This document shows, piece after piece, positions 1 through 10,047 of a DNA stretch of 20,000 nt; position 1 is the first letter of the stretch, and the number at the start of each line of letters is the position of its first letter. The stretch is from IMG/VR virus record IMGVR_UViG_3300025771_000020; one strand, written 5' to 3'. A program made the position numbers and the translations under genes. This DNA is from an uncultured virus (IMG/VR IMGVR_UViG_3300025771_000020). Lineage: Duplodnaviria > Heunggongvirae > Uroviricota > Caudoviricetes. The notes under the pieces are model-generated. The model worked only from the letters and a program-made list of their open reading frames with translations, made no database searches and was not told the DNA's origin.

Positions 1-3000
1 ATCATAAAAAACCTTTAAGTTATATCCAGACAAACTAGAGTCTGAAGTATCAAAAACTAAATTATTTCCTTTTATTACTTCTATTTGGGGAGATATTAAA
101 CGGAAATTACTTGTAGAATCACCACTACTAGTTAATGAACTAACTATTGGGGGATTTTTGGTAGAATCTAAGTAGGTTTCGCATAGTTTAAATGTGTTAT
201 CATCAATTTTGTAAATATAGTAAGATCCAATATTAGTATCAACAATACTTCCGCCGGTTGTATAAGAATAATATACTTTATCACCAGTTTTATATCCATG
301 CGAAGATATTGTTATTTCATCATTACTAGTATCAACACTAACACCTGGATTAAAATAAGTTCTTATGCTGGGTAAGTTATGTGTAACATCTAAAGTTATT
401 GCAACAGATGTGCTAGTCCCAATACCAACATTAAGATTTGGTTGAACACTTAGATTAATAGAGTCCCCATTTGTAAGACCATGAGAGGTTGAAACAGAAA
501 CTTGAGATCTAATTCTTTTTATATCTGCAGTTATTTGAGTAAAATTAGATTCTAAAGAATATTTGTAGTTATTATCTCCATTATTAATAAAGAATAACCC
601 ATTAGTAGTTGTAGTTAAACCAACTTCAGTAACGATTCCAATATGATCAGGAGATTTTTTTATAATATAAACATTTTGAGAATCTCCATCTGGCAAATCA
701 AATGGAGAACTTGCAGAAGTATTTGCTACAGAAATAGAAGATGATCCTGTAGGCTTTGTTAAAGTTACTTGTTGATTTGTTTTAAATGGATGTCCGGGTA
801 GGAAAATAGATTGAGTAGGTATGGAAATAATATTATTAGTTTGGTTGCCAACATTGTAAGTTACAGCAACTCCAATTCCTGCTGTTGTTCCAACACCAAC
901 AGATTGATTAGGGTTGAGATATACTAAGTCGTTTTCTTTTGAATCAAAATATTGTAATGACTTACTAATTGTAAATGAATCTGGAATAAAATTAACTGTT
1001 GTAGATGCACTATGAGCAGATCCGACAGACCCTCTATCAACTCTTAAAACACCTTGATTTCTAAAAATATTCAATAACGTAAAAGTATCTGATCCAATTT
1101 CAATACTACTTCCAATAGAAACATTATTTGGTATTCTTGAAACGTAAATATCAGTTACTACTCCTGCAGCAGGAATTTCTTTATTGAGAACAGTCGTATA
1201 AGATGTTACTCCTATTTGATGTGTTCCTAACAACTCTGTCAAAGTAGTTGAAAATCCAGAAATAGTTACATAGTCTAAATTATCTAAAGAATGTCTTGGA
1301 GATACTTTTACCTTTACACTATCTTTATCGTTCCAAACAAAAATTGAATCATTGTATGGTAAAGTCGTTGTTTCAATTGATTCAATTTGTTTTCCACCAA
1401 TTCTACCTACTTGTGCTATTAAACCGCTACCCCCTGTTTCAGATTCGTTAAATTGAAGAGTATCGCCAACTTTATAATTGTCTCCTGAGTTTATAATATT
1501 AAAATTTTCAATAGATCCCTTAGAAACAGATTCTACATTAATATTCTGCTTAACAATTTCGTTTGATTCAATAATAAAATCGTTCTCAGCATTATCGGCA
1601 GAAAGTTTATACGGAAATGTATTACGAATTAAATTCGAATTATTAAAATCAAATGATTGACTTAAATCTTTATTTTCACTAACAAAAGATGATCTATATC
1701 TATCTCCTATGAAGTATGGAAATACTCCTACATTATCTCCTTCGGCATTTTCCACTGCCGTGGCAAAGTAAGCATATGTTCCATTGGGAAATTCGGGTGT
1801 TACACAATATCTACCATTATATTCATCCAAATCACCAATATTTGTAAACTTGTAATCTTCTATAAAAAATCCAACCTCACCAGTAGAAGATTCGGAAGGT
1901 CTATTTGGTATATTGCTTAAACTCTTAGAATATCCTGAAACCAAACGTTTAGTATCTGATTTAATATCTTTTGGATTGGAATATCCAAACGCACCATAAA
2001 TTGGATTACCGTCATAAGCCCAACCAATAATTGGAGAATGAACTGGAGAAGCGTCTGTTCCCACATCTCCGAGTTCATTTTTTATGACATCTCCATATCC
2101 GCAAATAGAATACTGAAGTTTATTGTAAGAAGAAGATATAATCTCATTTGCTTCAGCATCTGTACTTGTAACGTCATTATAAAAAATATTATTATTTACA
2201 TTTAATGAACGAATATTAGCATCAAGTAATGCTCCACTACCTGCAGATTTTGCCTGAATTATTGTATTTGATGTTGAATAACCTATACCACTATTAACAA
2301 CAATAATACTATCAATTTTATTATTGACCAATACTGGTTTTAACTCAGCTCCGGTTCCATTTCCACTGACAATAATGTCTGGTACTGAATAATATTCTCT
2401 ACCTTTACTTTGAATAGATACTCTTTCTATACCGCCATTTGAAATAATGGGAATAAATTGAGAATCTTTTCCATTTTTTATTTCAATTGTTGGTTTTTTA
2501 TTATAATTTAAAATAGTAGATCCATAATCAGATCCTTGATCATATACTAATGCAGAAACAATTTTTCCTCTTACGATAGGTGTAGCACTGATTGAACCTC
2601 TAAATTGCGTGCTACCTAATCCAACCGCTCCATAATTTACTTGAAGACTAATATCTGGATAATTAAAAATTTGATATCCGCTTGCTCCAGATTCTAATCG
2701 GACATATTTTTGTCTATCATAATTTGTTTTTATGGTTCCACCTATTCCAGCATCAGATACTTTAAAAGTATCATCGTCAATTTTAGTTACATAATATTGA
2801 TTTGCCGAAGAAAGACCAGTAACAGCAGATGTTTCATATGTATATGATACTAACTCTCCACTATTAAATCCATGATTTTTAAAAGTTATTGAATTTTTTC
2901 TATTTTTTGGACTAATATTTGATGGATCGACATAAATTTTTCTATTTTCATATCCCTCTCCACCATTAATAACTCTAATTTCTGATAATGTATTTTTTAC

Positions 3001-5730
3001 TTGAGTTCCAAACTTTTGTATACCCAAAGTACCAGTAGAAGTAAATCCTACAGTATTAATACCAGACTTATAATCACCTAATGATTTGTAAAGTTGAATA
3101 GTATTATCACTTATAAACTTAGTGTAATAAGTTACATTATTGCTAAGGGTTTCTCCAGTACTATCATTCGAACCATTAAAAGTTCCTATACCTAAAGCAG
3201 AAACTCCAGTTCTAGCAAGATAAGTAATTGGCTCTCCATCAACTAAACCATGAGGTTTTGTAAATGTTATAGTTTCGTTTGTAACATCAACACCTCCGCC
3301 ATTAGATAATTGTGCTGCATTAAACTCTATTTCCCTACGTTTTTTTCTAATAACAGGTTCAAAAGATGCACCTTTACCATTACCACCTGTTAAAACAACC
3401 GAGACTATGACATCAATATCAAAATCTTGTGGTTCTACTAATATTTTTTCTACAGACCCTCTTATTGCAGGTTGGACAAGAGCAGTACCAGAATCGACGG
3501 AAAGAAGTGGAGGATTAATAACATCGTATCCAGATCCACCAGATAAAACATTAACAGACTCTAAAGGACCATAATAAATTTTGTTATCGGTCTTATAGCT
3601 TGTAATTTCGACTCCATTGACTAACATTCCAATAGAACCTGGAGTTATTAAATCAGATTTTCCATCGCCCATATTGACCGATAATGGAAACTTCCTTAAT
3701 ATTTTTTGAGCTGATATAACTTTTTCTTTTTGAGATTTGAGAACAAAATTATGAGTTCCTGGGGGCAATATACCAAAATATTTGTATCCAGAAGTTCCTA
3801 ATGTGGATCTAGACTCGTGCAATCTTATTGAAAGATTGTCGGATAAAACCTCAACAAAATACGATCTTTCTGACAATCCAGAAATTACGTTTCCAGTTGC
3901 AGAGTAATAGACTTCCGATCCAGTTTTGAATGAAACTTTTGACGAAAAAGTAATCGTTGAATAAAGATCAGTATTTGTATTTTTTCCACCAACTCCTGAT
4001 GCATTATAACTAAAAATATTTTTAGTTATTTCATATGATGGTAATGAATTTGATGCAACATACATAAACTCATCATTTTCATTATAAACATTTTGAATAT
4101 CAGATACTATAGAATTAAATTCTAAATTAACATTTCTCGATGAAGAGGACTTTAATTTTCTTCTAATATCATACTTAAAACCATTTTTAAGTACAAATGA
4201 CTTTGATAAAGAAATTGTTCTTCCTGCAATCGATGTGATTTCTAAATCAGTTTCTTCTTTATTTTGAGAATTTCTTGAAAGTATATCTACTACATCACCT
4301 ACCTTTAAACTTGATTTGTCAATATCACTACTTAAAGTTACTTGAGATGTTTCTCCAGATGAAAAACTATTGATTTCATACCTGGAACTTGTATTATAAA
4401 TCCAACTATTTGCAAATATCTCTTTATAAGTTTTATTATCTATTGGATTTTCAATTATTTCTCCAAGATTTTTTACCTTTAATTTTTCATTAACTGATAC
4501 TGATGACTCTTCTTTTCCTGAATTATACTCAGATATAACGCCAGTTAATCTTAACTCTACTTTTTTTGTAATGTCTCCATTTTCATACCCATAATATGTT
4601 TCATTAGAACGAACTATAGATGCAGTAGGAACATATTCTGTAATGTTTGAACATCCAAAAAATTGATTTATAGACTTACTTGTATAAGTTATTTGATTAT
4701 TTCCTGCATAAAGTGTTCCGGACTCTGGAAAACCAATGGTGCTATCTACCGTAATGACAGTATCTGTAGTCAGGATATCGTTTATATTTCTGCTACTACC
4801 TGTAATATTAAATGTGCCAGTAGTTGTTGGAAATGCATCATCAAAACCGACAAAAAGAAAAAGTTTATAGTAAGTTTTTCCTTTTCTATTAATTATTTCA
4901 ACTTCAGACACTGGTGCTGTACTGCCAGAATCTGTTGTTTTAATAATAGTTTGCCCAGCAAGATTTAAGGGATTTCCTGATATTGCTTCCGCAACTACTA
5001 CATCTCTTCTGATGTATGTAGATGAAGATGGTTTATTTAAAAACTTTTCTAGATCAACTACCTTTGGAGTTTCTCCATAAAGAACATTAAACAATATTCT
5101 AAAGGACTCTTCTGTTCCTTTAGACTCATAAAAAGTTCTAGCTTCTTTAATAAAGTTGCCAACGTTTAAATTTTCAGTGAAATTTAAATTTTCTAGTCCC
5201 GGTGTTAAAGAATATTTAATTTTTTTATAAAATTCCTTCAAAAATAAGGAACTTAAATTCTGAACAGGAGAATTTGCATCATGAGACGACGCAGATGATG
5301 TTGAAAATATGAGGTCTTCTTGATTTAATTCTTGATGATAATTGGTAATTCCACTAAAACCACGAACACAACCAGTAAAAGTTGTTGTAGTTGATCCAGT
5401 GTAAGTAATGATCTCGTCATCAATTTTTATGAGACCATATTTTGATGGAAATCCTTTTGTGCTACTAACACTAATCGTACTATCATCTACAAGAACTGCT
5501 TGTGTTGTTGTAGAACTATCTACTATAACCTCTGGTTTGAACTTATCAAGTTTTAAATATTGATCAAGATTGTCAATAATATCGACAACGCCACCTTGAT
5601 ATTCTTGAGAGATATAGTACTGCTTTAAAAATTCGGCAGTTTTTGGACTTTCATCTATAATAAATTCTGGGAGTTGATTGTCAACTATTTGCTGAATCTT
5701 TATTCTAGATTCAAAACCAGCTTCGATCAT
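1..5730 (-). CDS. gp7: Large baseplate wedge initiator (T4 gp7-like, cyanophage type), truncated by the window edge; contains a YHYH-like segment
   Basis: ATG at 5730, two bases from the gp6 stop, reads MIEAGFESRIKIQQIVDNQLPEF. The same frame reads ...LVFDTSDSSLSGYNLKVFYD at position 1. Internal peptides include HSPIIGWAYDGNPIYGAFGY (1981-2040) and DLDEYNGRYCVTPEFPNGTYAYFAT. The order gp25-gp6-gp7 is typical of cyanomyoviruses. Frame was spot-checked, not read codon by codon. Confidence 0.88.
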   Translation of the reverse strand, partial: MIEAGFESRIKIQQIVDNQLPEFIIDESPKTAEFLKQYYISQEYQGGVVDIIDNLDQYLKLDKFKPEVIVDSSTTTQAVLVDDSTISVSSTKGFPSKYGLIKIDDEIITYTGSTTTTFTGCVRGFSGITNYHQELNQEDLIFSTSSASSHDANSPVQNLSSLFLKEFYKKIKYSLTPGLENLNFTENLNVGNFIKEARTFYESKGTEESFRILFNVLYGETPKVVDLEKFLNKPSSSTYIRRDVVVAEAISGNPLNLAGQTIIKTTDSGSTAPVSEVEIINRKGKTYYKLFLFVGFDDAFPTTTGTFNITGSSRNINDILTTDTVITVDSTIGFPESGTLYAGNNQITYTSKSINQFFGCSNITEYVPTASIVRSNETYYGYENGDITKKVELRLTGVISEYNSGKEESSVSVNEKLKVKNLGEIIENPIDNKTYKEIFANSWIYNTSSRYEINSFSSGETSQVTLSSDIDKSSLKVGDVVDILSRNSQNKEETDLEITSIAGRTISLSKSFVLKNGFKYDIRRKLKSSSSRNVNLEFNSIVSDIQNVYNENDEFMYVASNSLPSYEITKNIFSYNASGVGGKNTNTDLYSTITFSSKVSFKTGSEVYYSATGNVISGLSERSYFVEVLSDNLSIRLHESRSTLGTSGYKYFGILPPGTHNFVLKSQKEKVISAQKILRKFPLSVNMGDGKSDLITPGSIGMLVNGVEITSYKTDNKIYYGPLESVNVLSGGSGYDVINPPLLSVDSGTALVQPAIRGSVEKILVEPQDFDIDVIVSVVLTGGNGKGASFEPVIRKKRREIEFNAAQLSNGGGVDVTNETITFTKPHGLVDGEPITYLARTGVSALGIGTFNGSNDSTGETLSNNVTYYTKFISDNTIQLYKSLGDYKSGINTVGFTSTGTLGIQKFGTQVKNTLSEIRVINGGEGYENRKIYVDPSNISPKNRKNSITFKNHGFNSGELVSYTYETSAVTGLSSANQYYVTKIDDDTFKVSDAGIGGTIKTNYDRQKYVRLESGASGYQIFNYPDISLQVNYGAVGLGSTQFRGSISATPIVRGKIVSALVYDQGSDYGSTILNYNKKPTIEIKNGKDSQFIPIISNGGIERVSIQSKGREYYSVPDIIVSGNGTGAELKPVLVNNKIDSIIVVNSGIGYSTSNTIIQAKSAGSGALLDANIRSLNVNNNIFYNDVTSTDAEANEIISSSYNKLQYSICGYGDVIKNELGDVGTDASPVHSPIIGWAYDGNPIYGAFGYSNPKDIKSDTKRLVSGYSKSLSNIPNRPSESSTGEVGFFIEDYKFTNIGDLDEYNGRYCVTPEFPNGTYAYFATAVENAEGDNVGVFPYFIGDRYRSSFVSENKDLSQSFDFNNSNLIRNTFPYKLSADNAENDFIIESNEIVKQNINVESVSKGSIENFNIINSGDNYKVGDTLQFNESETGGSGLIAQVGRIGGKQIESIETTTLPYNDSIFVWNDKDSVKVKVSPRHSLDNLDYVTISGFSTTLTELLGTHQIGVTSYTTVLNKEIPAAGVVTDIYVSRIPNNVSIGSSIEIGSDTFTLLNIFRNQGVLRVDRGSVGSAHSASTTVNFIPDSFTISKSLQYFDSKENDLVYLNPNQSVGVGTTAGIGVAVTYNVGNQTNNIISIPTQSIFLPGHPFKTNQQVTLTKPTGSSSISVANTSASSPFDLPDGDSQNVYIIKKSPDHIGIVTEVGLTTTTNGLFFINNGDNNYKYSLESNFTQITADIKRIRSQVSVSTSHGLTNGDSINLSVQPNLNVGIGTSTSVAITLDVTHNLPSIRTYFNPGVSVDTSNDEITISSHGYKTGDKVYYSYTTGGSIVDTNIGSYYIYKIDDNTFKLCETYLDSTKNPPIVSSLTSSGDSTSNFRLISPQIEVIKGNNLVFDTSDSSLSGYNLKVFYD

Positions 5731-5731
5731 G

Positions 5732-7639
5732 TTATATCCTCTTTAATTCCCCGTTTGAATAGCTTGATCTATAATAATCAGTTCTTGAAAATACTGTTCC
5801 TGATATATCATCACCAGATGCAATAACATCTTTTACCATATTTATATTGCTTTTGCCAATGCTGAAGGACAAATACAAATCGTTTAAACCAATGATATCA
5901 TTTGATTCTGGGAATGCTTGTATCTCCACAATATCACCAGTTAAAGATGTAGATGTAATGGTTACGGCTCCTATTAGTATTTCTCCCGTAACATAGTTCA
6001 CAGTACCCGCTGACTGGACCACAACTGGTATTGAGGAAGATATAGTACCATCTGCATTAGAGATTGTTTCTACGTCCTTTACGATAGAAATTGTGCCTGT
6101 TCGGAGGTCTTCATTTGGAGTATCAGTAAAGTATACTGTACTGGTTTCTCCTAAAACTTTAAATCCGGTAGATTTAATATTTTTTCCGGCAGGATTTGCA
6201 TGAAATTTATTTCCAAAACAAATTTCATATTGCGTTGGAGAATTGACTTTAACCTTCAAATCCCTTCGAATTCTTACTTTCGTAATATTTGATGTTATAG
6301 CAGCATCTGTTGCATCTATGGTTCTAAGGACTTTACTATATCTAAATCTTCCACCAAATGAATTTAATTCCGATGATCTTGAATATGCGGTCAATGAATT
6401 AATAACTCTAGATTTTAGATCTTCGACACTACCTACCTGAGAAGAGTTATAATATATTGATGAATCTAATTCGACATAAAGTATTTTTGCATCGATGATA
6501 TCCGCATCAATGCCGGAAACCGAATATAATTTAAGTTTATTTTTTATTTGCTGCTTATTAAAATCTGAAACATAAGTACCACCTTTTGGTTTAATACTTA
6601 TAATTACCTTTCCAAATTGAGGTGGATCTAATTCCTCTCCACCAACTACGGATACGGATTCTGCGTTTGGAAATATTTTTGATTTAATAATTGTCTCATA
6701 GTCCCCAGAAGTTACTGCTCTATATTGAGAAGCATACAAACGAGGAGCAAAATTGCGAATAGAATCTATAGATTCAATATCAGAACCATTTTGTGAACTC
6801 TGAATAGTTGTTATAGCACTGACTGTTGCAGTATTATCATCAGTGAATGCTCCGGCAAAAGAAAATGATGATGCACCATTACCTTCTTTTCCATTTGTCA
6901 CAATATAAGTGACGGTAATTACCGAATCATTTTCTAATTTTTTACCAAAATATCCATCACCAAAAAGAAGTTCATATTTTTCGTCTTGAACTTCTTGAAT
7001 TAAAAACGTTTCTGATGTTGAATTAACTTGGAAAATATTTTCAATTAAATCATACTTATTCCCATTTCCACTATCATTCGGACCCTTTACATAAACAACA
7101 ATTGTTGAGGTGTCTATAAATGAATTATCTAATACAAATCTTTGATCTAGAGATCCATCAACTGTAAAAGTTTTCTTTAAAAACGTTCCTTCTTTGATTT
7201 TAACATTATTAAATGTTGCAACCCCATTGGATACTGTTGCCGTAATATTTTCAGGAACAGAAAAAACGTAAGAACTTTCTCTAAGATTACCTATACAAAC
7301 TAGACCTGCTTGTATAGTTAATGTATCAGTTCCACTTGTTGTTGCCGTAAATGATACGGTTGCCTCGGATGAAGTTCTTGATGAAGGAACATATCCAATA
7401 TTCCTTGCAAGAGATACTACATTCTCTCGAACTGTTGCCGAATCTAAAAATGATTCATTGACGACCAAATTCGAATTAAATGCAGTAATGTAAGTATTAT
7501 ATGCTAACGTATCGATCAGAACAGAAAAGTTTGAACCCTCAAAATCAAAATCCGTGAAAGTAGAATTTGCACGGAGATAATCTTTTATTGAAGTCTTTAT
7601 CTGATCAAAATCTAGATTTGTAAACTTTGTAAAAGGCAT
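5732..7639 (-). CDS. gp6: Baseplate wedge subunit (T4 gp6 homolog)
   Basis: 635 aa with N-terminal LDFDQIK..LK.YL...FTDFDFEGSNFSVLIDTLAYNT, ESFLDSATVRENVVSLARNIGY, ELLFGDG and RAVT..DY, all gp6-family motifs. Confidence 0.95.
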   Translation of the reverse strand: MPFTKFTNLDFDQIKTSIKDYLRANSTFTDFDFEGSNFSVLIDTLAYNTYITAFNSNLVVNESFLDSATVRENVVSLARNIGYVPSSRTSSEATVSFTATTSGTDTLTIQAGLVCIGNLRESSYVFSVPENITATVSNGVATFNNVKIKEGTFLKKTFTVDGSLDQRFVLDNSFIDTSTIVVYVKGPNDSGNGNKYDLIENIFQVNSTSETFLIQEVQDEKYELLFGDGYFGKKLENDSVITVTYIVTNGKEGNGASSFSFAGAFTDDNTATVSAITTIQSSQNGSDIESIDSIRNFAPRLYASQYRAVTSGDYETIIKSKIFPNAESVSVVGGEELDPPQFGKVIISIKPKGGTYVSDFNKQQIKNKLKLYSVSGIDADIIDAKILYVELDSSIYYNSSQVGSVEDLKSRVINSLTAYSRSSELNSFGGRFRYSKVLRTIDATDAAITSNITKVRIRRDLKVKVNSPTQYEICFGNKFHANPAGKNIKSTGFKVLGETSTVYFTDTPNEDLRTGTISIVKDVETISNADGTISSSIPVVVQSAGTVNYVTGEILIGAVTITSTSLTGDIVEIQAFPESNDIIGLNDLYLSFSIGKSNINMVKDVIASGDDISGTVFSRTDYYRSSYSNGELKRI

Positions 7640-7640
7640 T

Positions 7641-8042
7641 TTATCTTGTTGCCTCTAATATGAACGTAAACTGTTGTGTTGGAATCTCTTGTCCAATAAT
7701 ATTAAAAACTATTGTAACCTCAAATTCATTTGAATCTGGAAGTACTTCCACAGAAACATCAACATCTTCAACTCTTGGTTCATAATTTGATATTGCATTT
7801 AAAATTTGATCCCGAATGATAGACCCGGTTCCAAAATCGGCAAATTCGAACAAACTTGAACGAACTTCTGATCCTAAATCTGGATTAAAAAATCTTTCAT
7901 TCGGGATTGTTTCTACAATATTGCGAATTGAGCGACTAATTGCTCTTTCATTTTTCAGAATTGGCAAGTCTTTCGTAATAGGATGAGGTTCAAAGGACAA
8001 ACTAATGTCCTTAAACGCTCTTGATATGCGAGTTATTGCCAT
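7641..8042 (-). CDS. gp25: Baseplate wedge subunit (GPW/gp25 family)
   Basis: 133 aa with FKDISLSF, SIRNIV.T.P.ERFFNPDLGS and I.NYEPRV; immediately upstream of gp6. Confidence 0.95.
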   Translation of the reverse strand: MAITRISRAFKDISLSFEPHPITKDLPILKNERAISRSIRNIVETIPNERFFNPDLGSEVRSSLFEFADFGTGSIIRDQILNAISNYEPRVEDVDVSVEVLPDSNEFEVTIVFNIIGQEIPTQQFTFILEATR

Positions 8043-8061
8043 CAGACAAGGGATTTTTCTT

Positions 8062-8069
8062 TATTTATA
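8062..8069 (-). promoter_or_regulatory. T4-type late promoter TATAAATA
   Basis: Exact TATAAATA on the minus strand, about 20 bp upstream of the gp25 ATG. Confidence 0.85.
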
Positions 8070-8070
8070 G

Positions 8071-8292
8071 CTATTCGTGCCATCTTTCAACAAAATCATC
8101 AAACCCATTTGCACCACCACAAGGTCTTGAAAGACGATTTTCTGGTATTTGATACTCTTTCTTTAAATCATCGTGCATAACTTCCTGCAAGACCTGTTTT
8201 GGTGACAACGAATCATAATCTGTAACCAATTTTGTGGTTCCCCACATCTCTCTCATGTAGTTTTTGTTTCTATCGACTGGTAAATTCGACAT
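8071..8292 (-). CDS. Hypothetical phage protein (73 aa)
   Basis: ORF with an AGGAG Shine-Dalgarno before the ATG; fits the gene run. Confidence 0.75.
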   Translation of the reverse strand: MSNLPVDRNKNYMREMWGTTKLVTDYDSLSPKQVLQEVMHDDLKKEYQIPENRLSRPCGGANGFDDFVERWHE

Positions 8293-8298
8293 TTTAGC

Positions 8299-8343
8299 TC
8301 CTGATTTGTGAAAATCAGAACTTTTAAAGGGGTTGCTATCCCT
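8299..8343 (-). promoter_or_regulatory. Structured 5' leader: two hairpins, one pairing with the Shine-Dalgarno
   Basis: Minus strand reads AGGG-ATAGCAAC-CCCT, then TTCTGATTT-TCAC-AAATCAGGA, whose 3' arm includes AGGA of the RBS. Confidence 0.5.
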
Positions 8344-8349
8344 AAAAAT

Positions 8350-8357
8350 TATTTATT
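8350..8357 (-). promoter_or_regulatory. Probable late promoter variant AATAAATA
   Basis: NATAAATA overlapping the stop of the upstream ORF, just before the structured leader. Confidence 0.5.
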
Positions 8358-8949
8358 TTATCCAAAAACCTTTGCGATAATAATCAGAATCACTTATATA
8401 TTGGTAATTTTTCATATCATTTGAAATTTCATTGTTCCATACCGGAATTGCCTCATCATTTCCAAATCTAAAGTCGGGATTTTGCCTAAAATGAACCTCT
8501 ATAAGACAGTTTCCTATGAATTCGCAGTTAATCCATTCATAATTACCATGCAAATTCTTTAAAATGTTTGGAAATTCTATATCTCTTTCTATTTTTTGCC
8601 ATTTTTTCCACTTATAAAGAGGGTCTTCTTCATTACGAGTCCCTATTACTGCCAATTTTTGCTTCTGGTATTGATAATCAATACTTATATGTTCTCCATT
8701 AAATAATTCACACCAAAATTCACCTGGATGATAGTTATCAGTATTGTCATGAATATATTCAATACGAGCAAATCGCCCCATACCCAGAAGATTCATACAA
8801 GGACGGATAATATAAAAGTCGGATTTGGGGACTTGTGTTCCAACAGGACCACACTTATATCCCAAAATCCGACTTAAAATTAATTTATTATAAACCCAAA
8901 GGTCATGAGGATGAATTTGATTCCATTCTTCATTTCCTTCTAGGTACAT
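8353..8949 (-). CDS. Hypothetical protein, ATP-grasp-like
   Basis: 198 aa. YIIRPCMNLLGMG, FWCELFNGEHISIDY and INCEFIGNCLIEVHFR follow the order of ATP-grasp motifs (hhKP..G.G; hhQEyh.G.EhshD; hhEhN.R). Confidence 0.6.
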   Translation of the reverse strand: MYLEGNEEWNQIHPHDLWVYNKLILSRILGYKCGPVGTQVPKSDFYIIRPCMNLLGMGRFARIEYIHDNTDNYHPGEFWCELFNGEHISIDYQYQKQKLAVIGTRNEEDPLYKWKKWQKIERDIEFPNILKNLHGNYEWINCEFIGNCLIEVHFRQNPDFRFGNDEAIPVWNNEISNDMKNYQYISDSDYYRKGFWIK

Positions 8950-8954
8950 TTTAT

Positions 8955-9101
8955 TTAACCTTTACCTTGTCCCCGATACTTTTTCTTAGCCGAGTTACGA
9001 GAACTTGCGGACAATTTTGTGTGCTTCCCTTTTCCTTGACGAGACTTTTTAGGTTTGGCTTCGACATAATTACCCTTTCTCATAAAACCAGTTTTTGCCA
9101 T
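8955..9101 (-). CDS. Small, highly basic protein (48 aa), not in ORF track
   Basis: Hand translation MAKTGFMRKGNYVEAKPKKSRQGKGKHTKLSASSRNSAKKKYRGQGKG; AGGAG RBS upstream; fills the gap between neighbours. Confidence 0.8.
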   Translation of the reverse strand: MAKTGFMRKGNYVEAKPKKSRQGKGKHTKLSASSRNSAKKKYRGQGKG

Positions 9102-9108
9102 AATTTTT

Positions 9109-9267
9109 TTACTCCTTGTAAATTTCAGTTTCAAGTTCCGAAGGATCCGGAGAACCAGTCTGATAGTATTCTACCGCAAGGTCCTCCATTACCTCAAAAT
9201 ATTCAAGTTGACCTAGGTTTTTATATATTCTGTCTCCTTTGTACAGAATATCATAACGCTCACTCAT
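9109..9267 (-). CDS. Small acidic hypothetical protein (52 aa), not in ORF track
   Basis: Hand translation MSERYDILYKGDRIYKNLGQLEYFEVMEDLAVEYYQTGSPDPSELETEIYKE; TAATG coupling with the upstream stop. Confidence 0.8.
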   Translation of the reverse strand: MSERYDILYKGDRIYKNLGQLEYFEVMEDLAVEYYQTGSPDPSELETEIYKE

Positions 9268-10025
9268 TAGATTACGCGAGTCTTTTCGTGCCCCACACGA
9301 ACACGAGGATCACACCAAATCTCAAATCCTGCTTCAATGGCATCCAAACAGAAGGATACATCCTCTCCACACATATCTTGAACCTCTCCAGACTCAAATA
9401 CCTGCATCTTCGGAGCAAACCATGGATACTTCATACCCTCATTCTCAAAGACTCCGTGCTTGATGAGTAACCACCCAAATCCTGTATAATCAACAGTAAA
9501 AGGTTTGCGCCTCTTGGAGATGCTCTCGATGGTTTCGTGATTCATCACACCTCCATTGTTACGGAAGTCATCCTCCTCCAACCAATGAGCAACTGATGTT
9601 GTGCGACCATCTTCGGTACAATACCAACCAGCGGCAATGTCCTTATCCATTAATACTAACTGATAAAACTTCTCAGTATTAAAAACAATATCACTATCAA
9701 TCCATAACTGATAATCATATTTTAACTTACCGTCCCAGGGAATTTGATTCGGTCCGCGCAGTACATTAGCTCCAAGACACTTGCACCTTGCAAAGTTGAC
9801 CATGGAGGAGTAGTCCTGCGAGATCTGAATGCTTGCCCCGCACTGTACAAGATCAAAACAAAGTTGTACAAAACTCTTCAAATACGTATAAGATACTCCG
9901 CGCCCTGGAAGACAAAAAACAATACTCTTTCCTCGAAGCATCTCTTTTGCCTTGTCATAGTCCCATTCTTGCTCTTGTTTCGCCACTGTAGGAGCGGCTG
10001 CTTTTACTGTAAATCCTTTAGCCAT
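9267..10025 (-). CDS. GT-A fold glycosyltransferase-like protein
   Basis: 252 aa with LWIDSDIVF (DxD), TGFGWLLIK, GEDVSFC and C-terminal RVGHEK. Confidence 0.75.
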   Translation of the reverse strand: MAKGFTVKAAAPTVAKQEQEWDYDKAKEMLRGKSIVFCLPGRGVSYTYLKSFVQLCFDLVQCGASIQISQDYSSMVNFARCKCLGANVLRGPNQIPWDGKLKYDYQLWIDSDIVFNTEKFYQLVLMDKDIAAGWYCTEDGRTTSVAHWLEEDDFRNNGGVMNHETIESISKRRKPFTVDYTGFGWLLIKHGVFENEGMKYPWFAPKMQVFESGEVQDMCGEDVSFCLDAIEAGFEIWCDPRVRVGHEKTRVI

Positions 10026-10047
10026 AATAGAATTGAATTACTTTCGA

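Noticed and set aside
1478..6440. Plus-strand ORFs 1478-1660, 4663-4968 and 6243-6440
   Set aside because: Antisense shadows inside gp7 and gp6 with no recognisable motifs.
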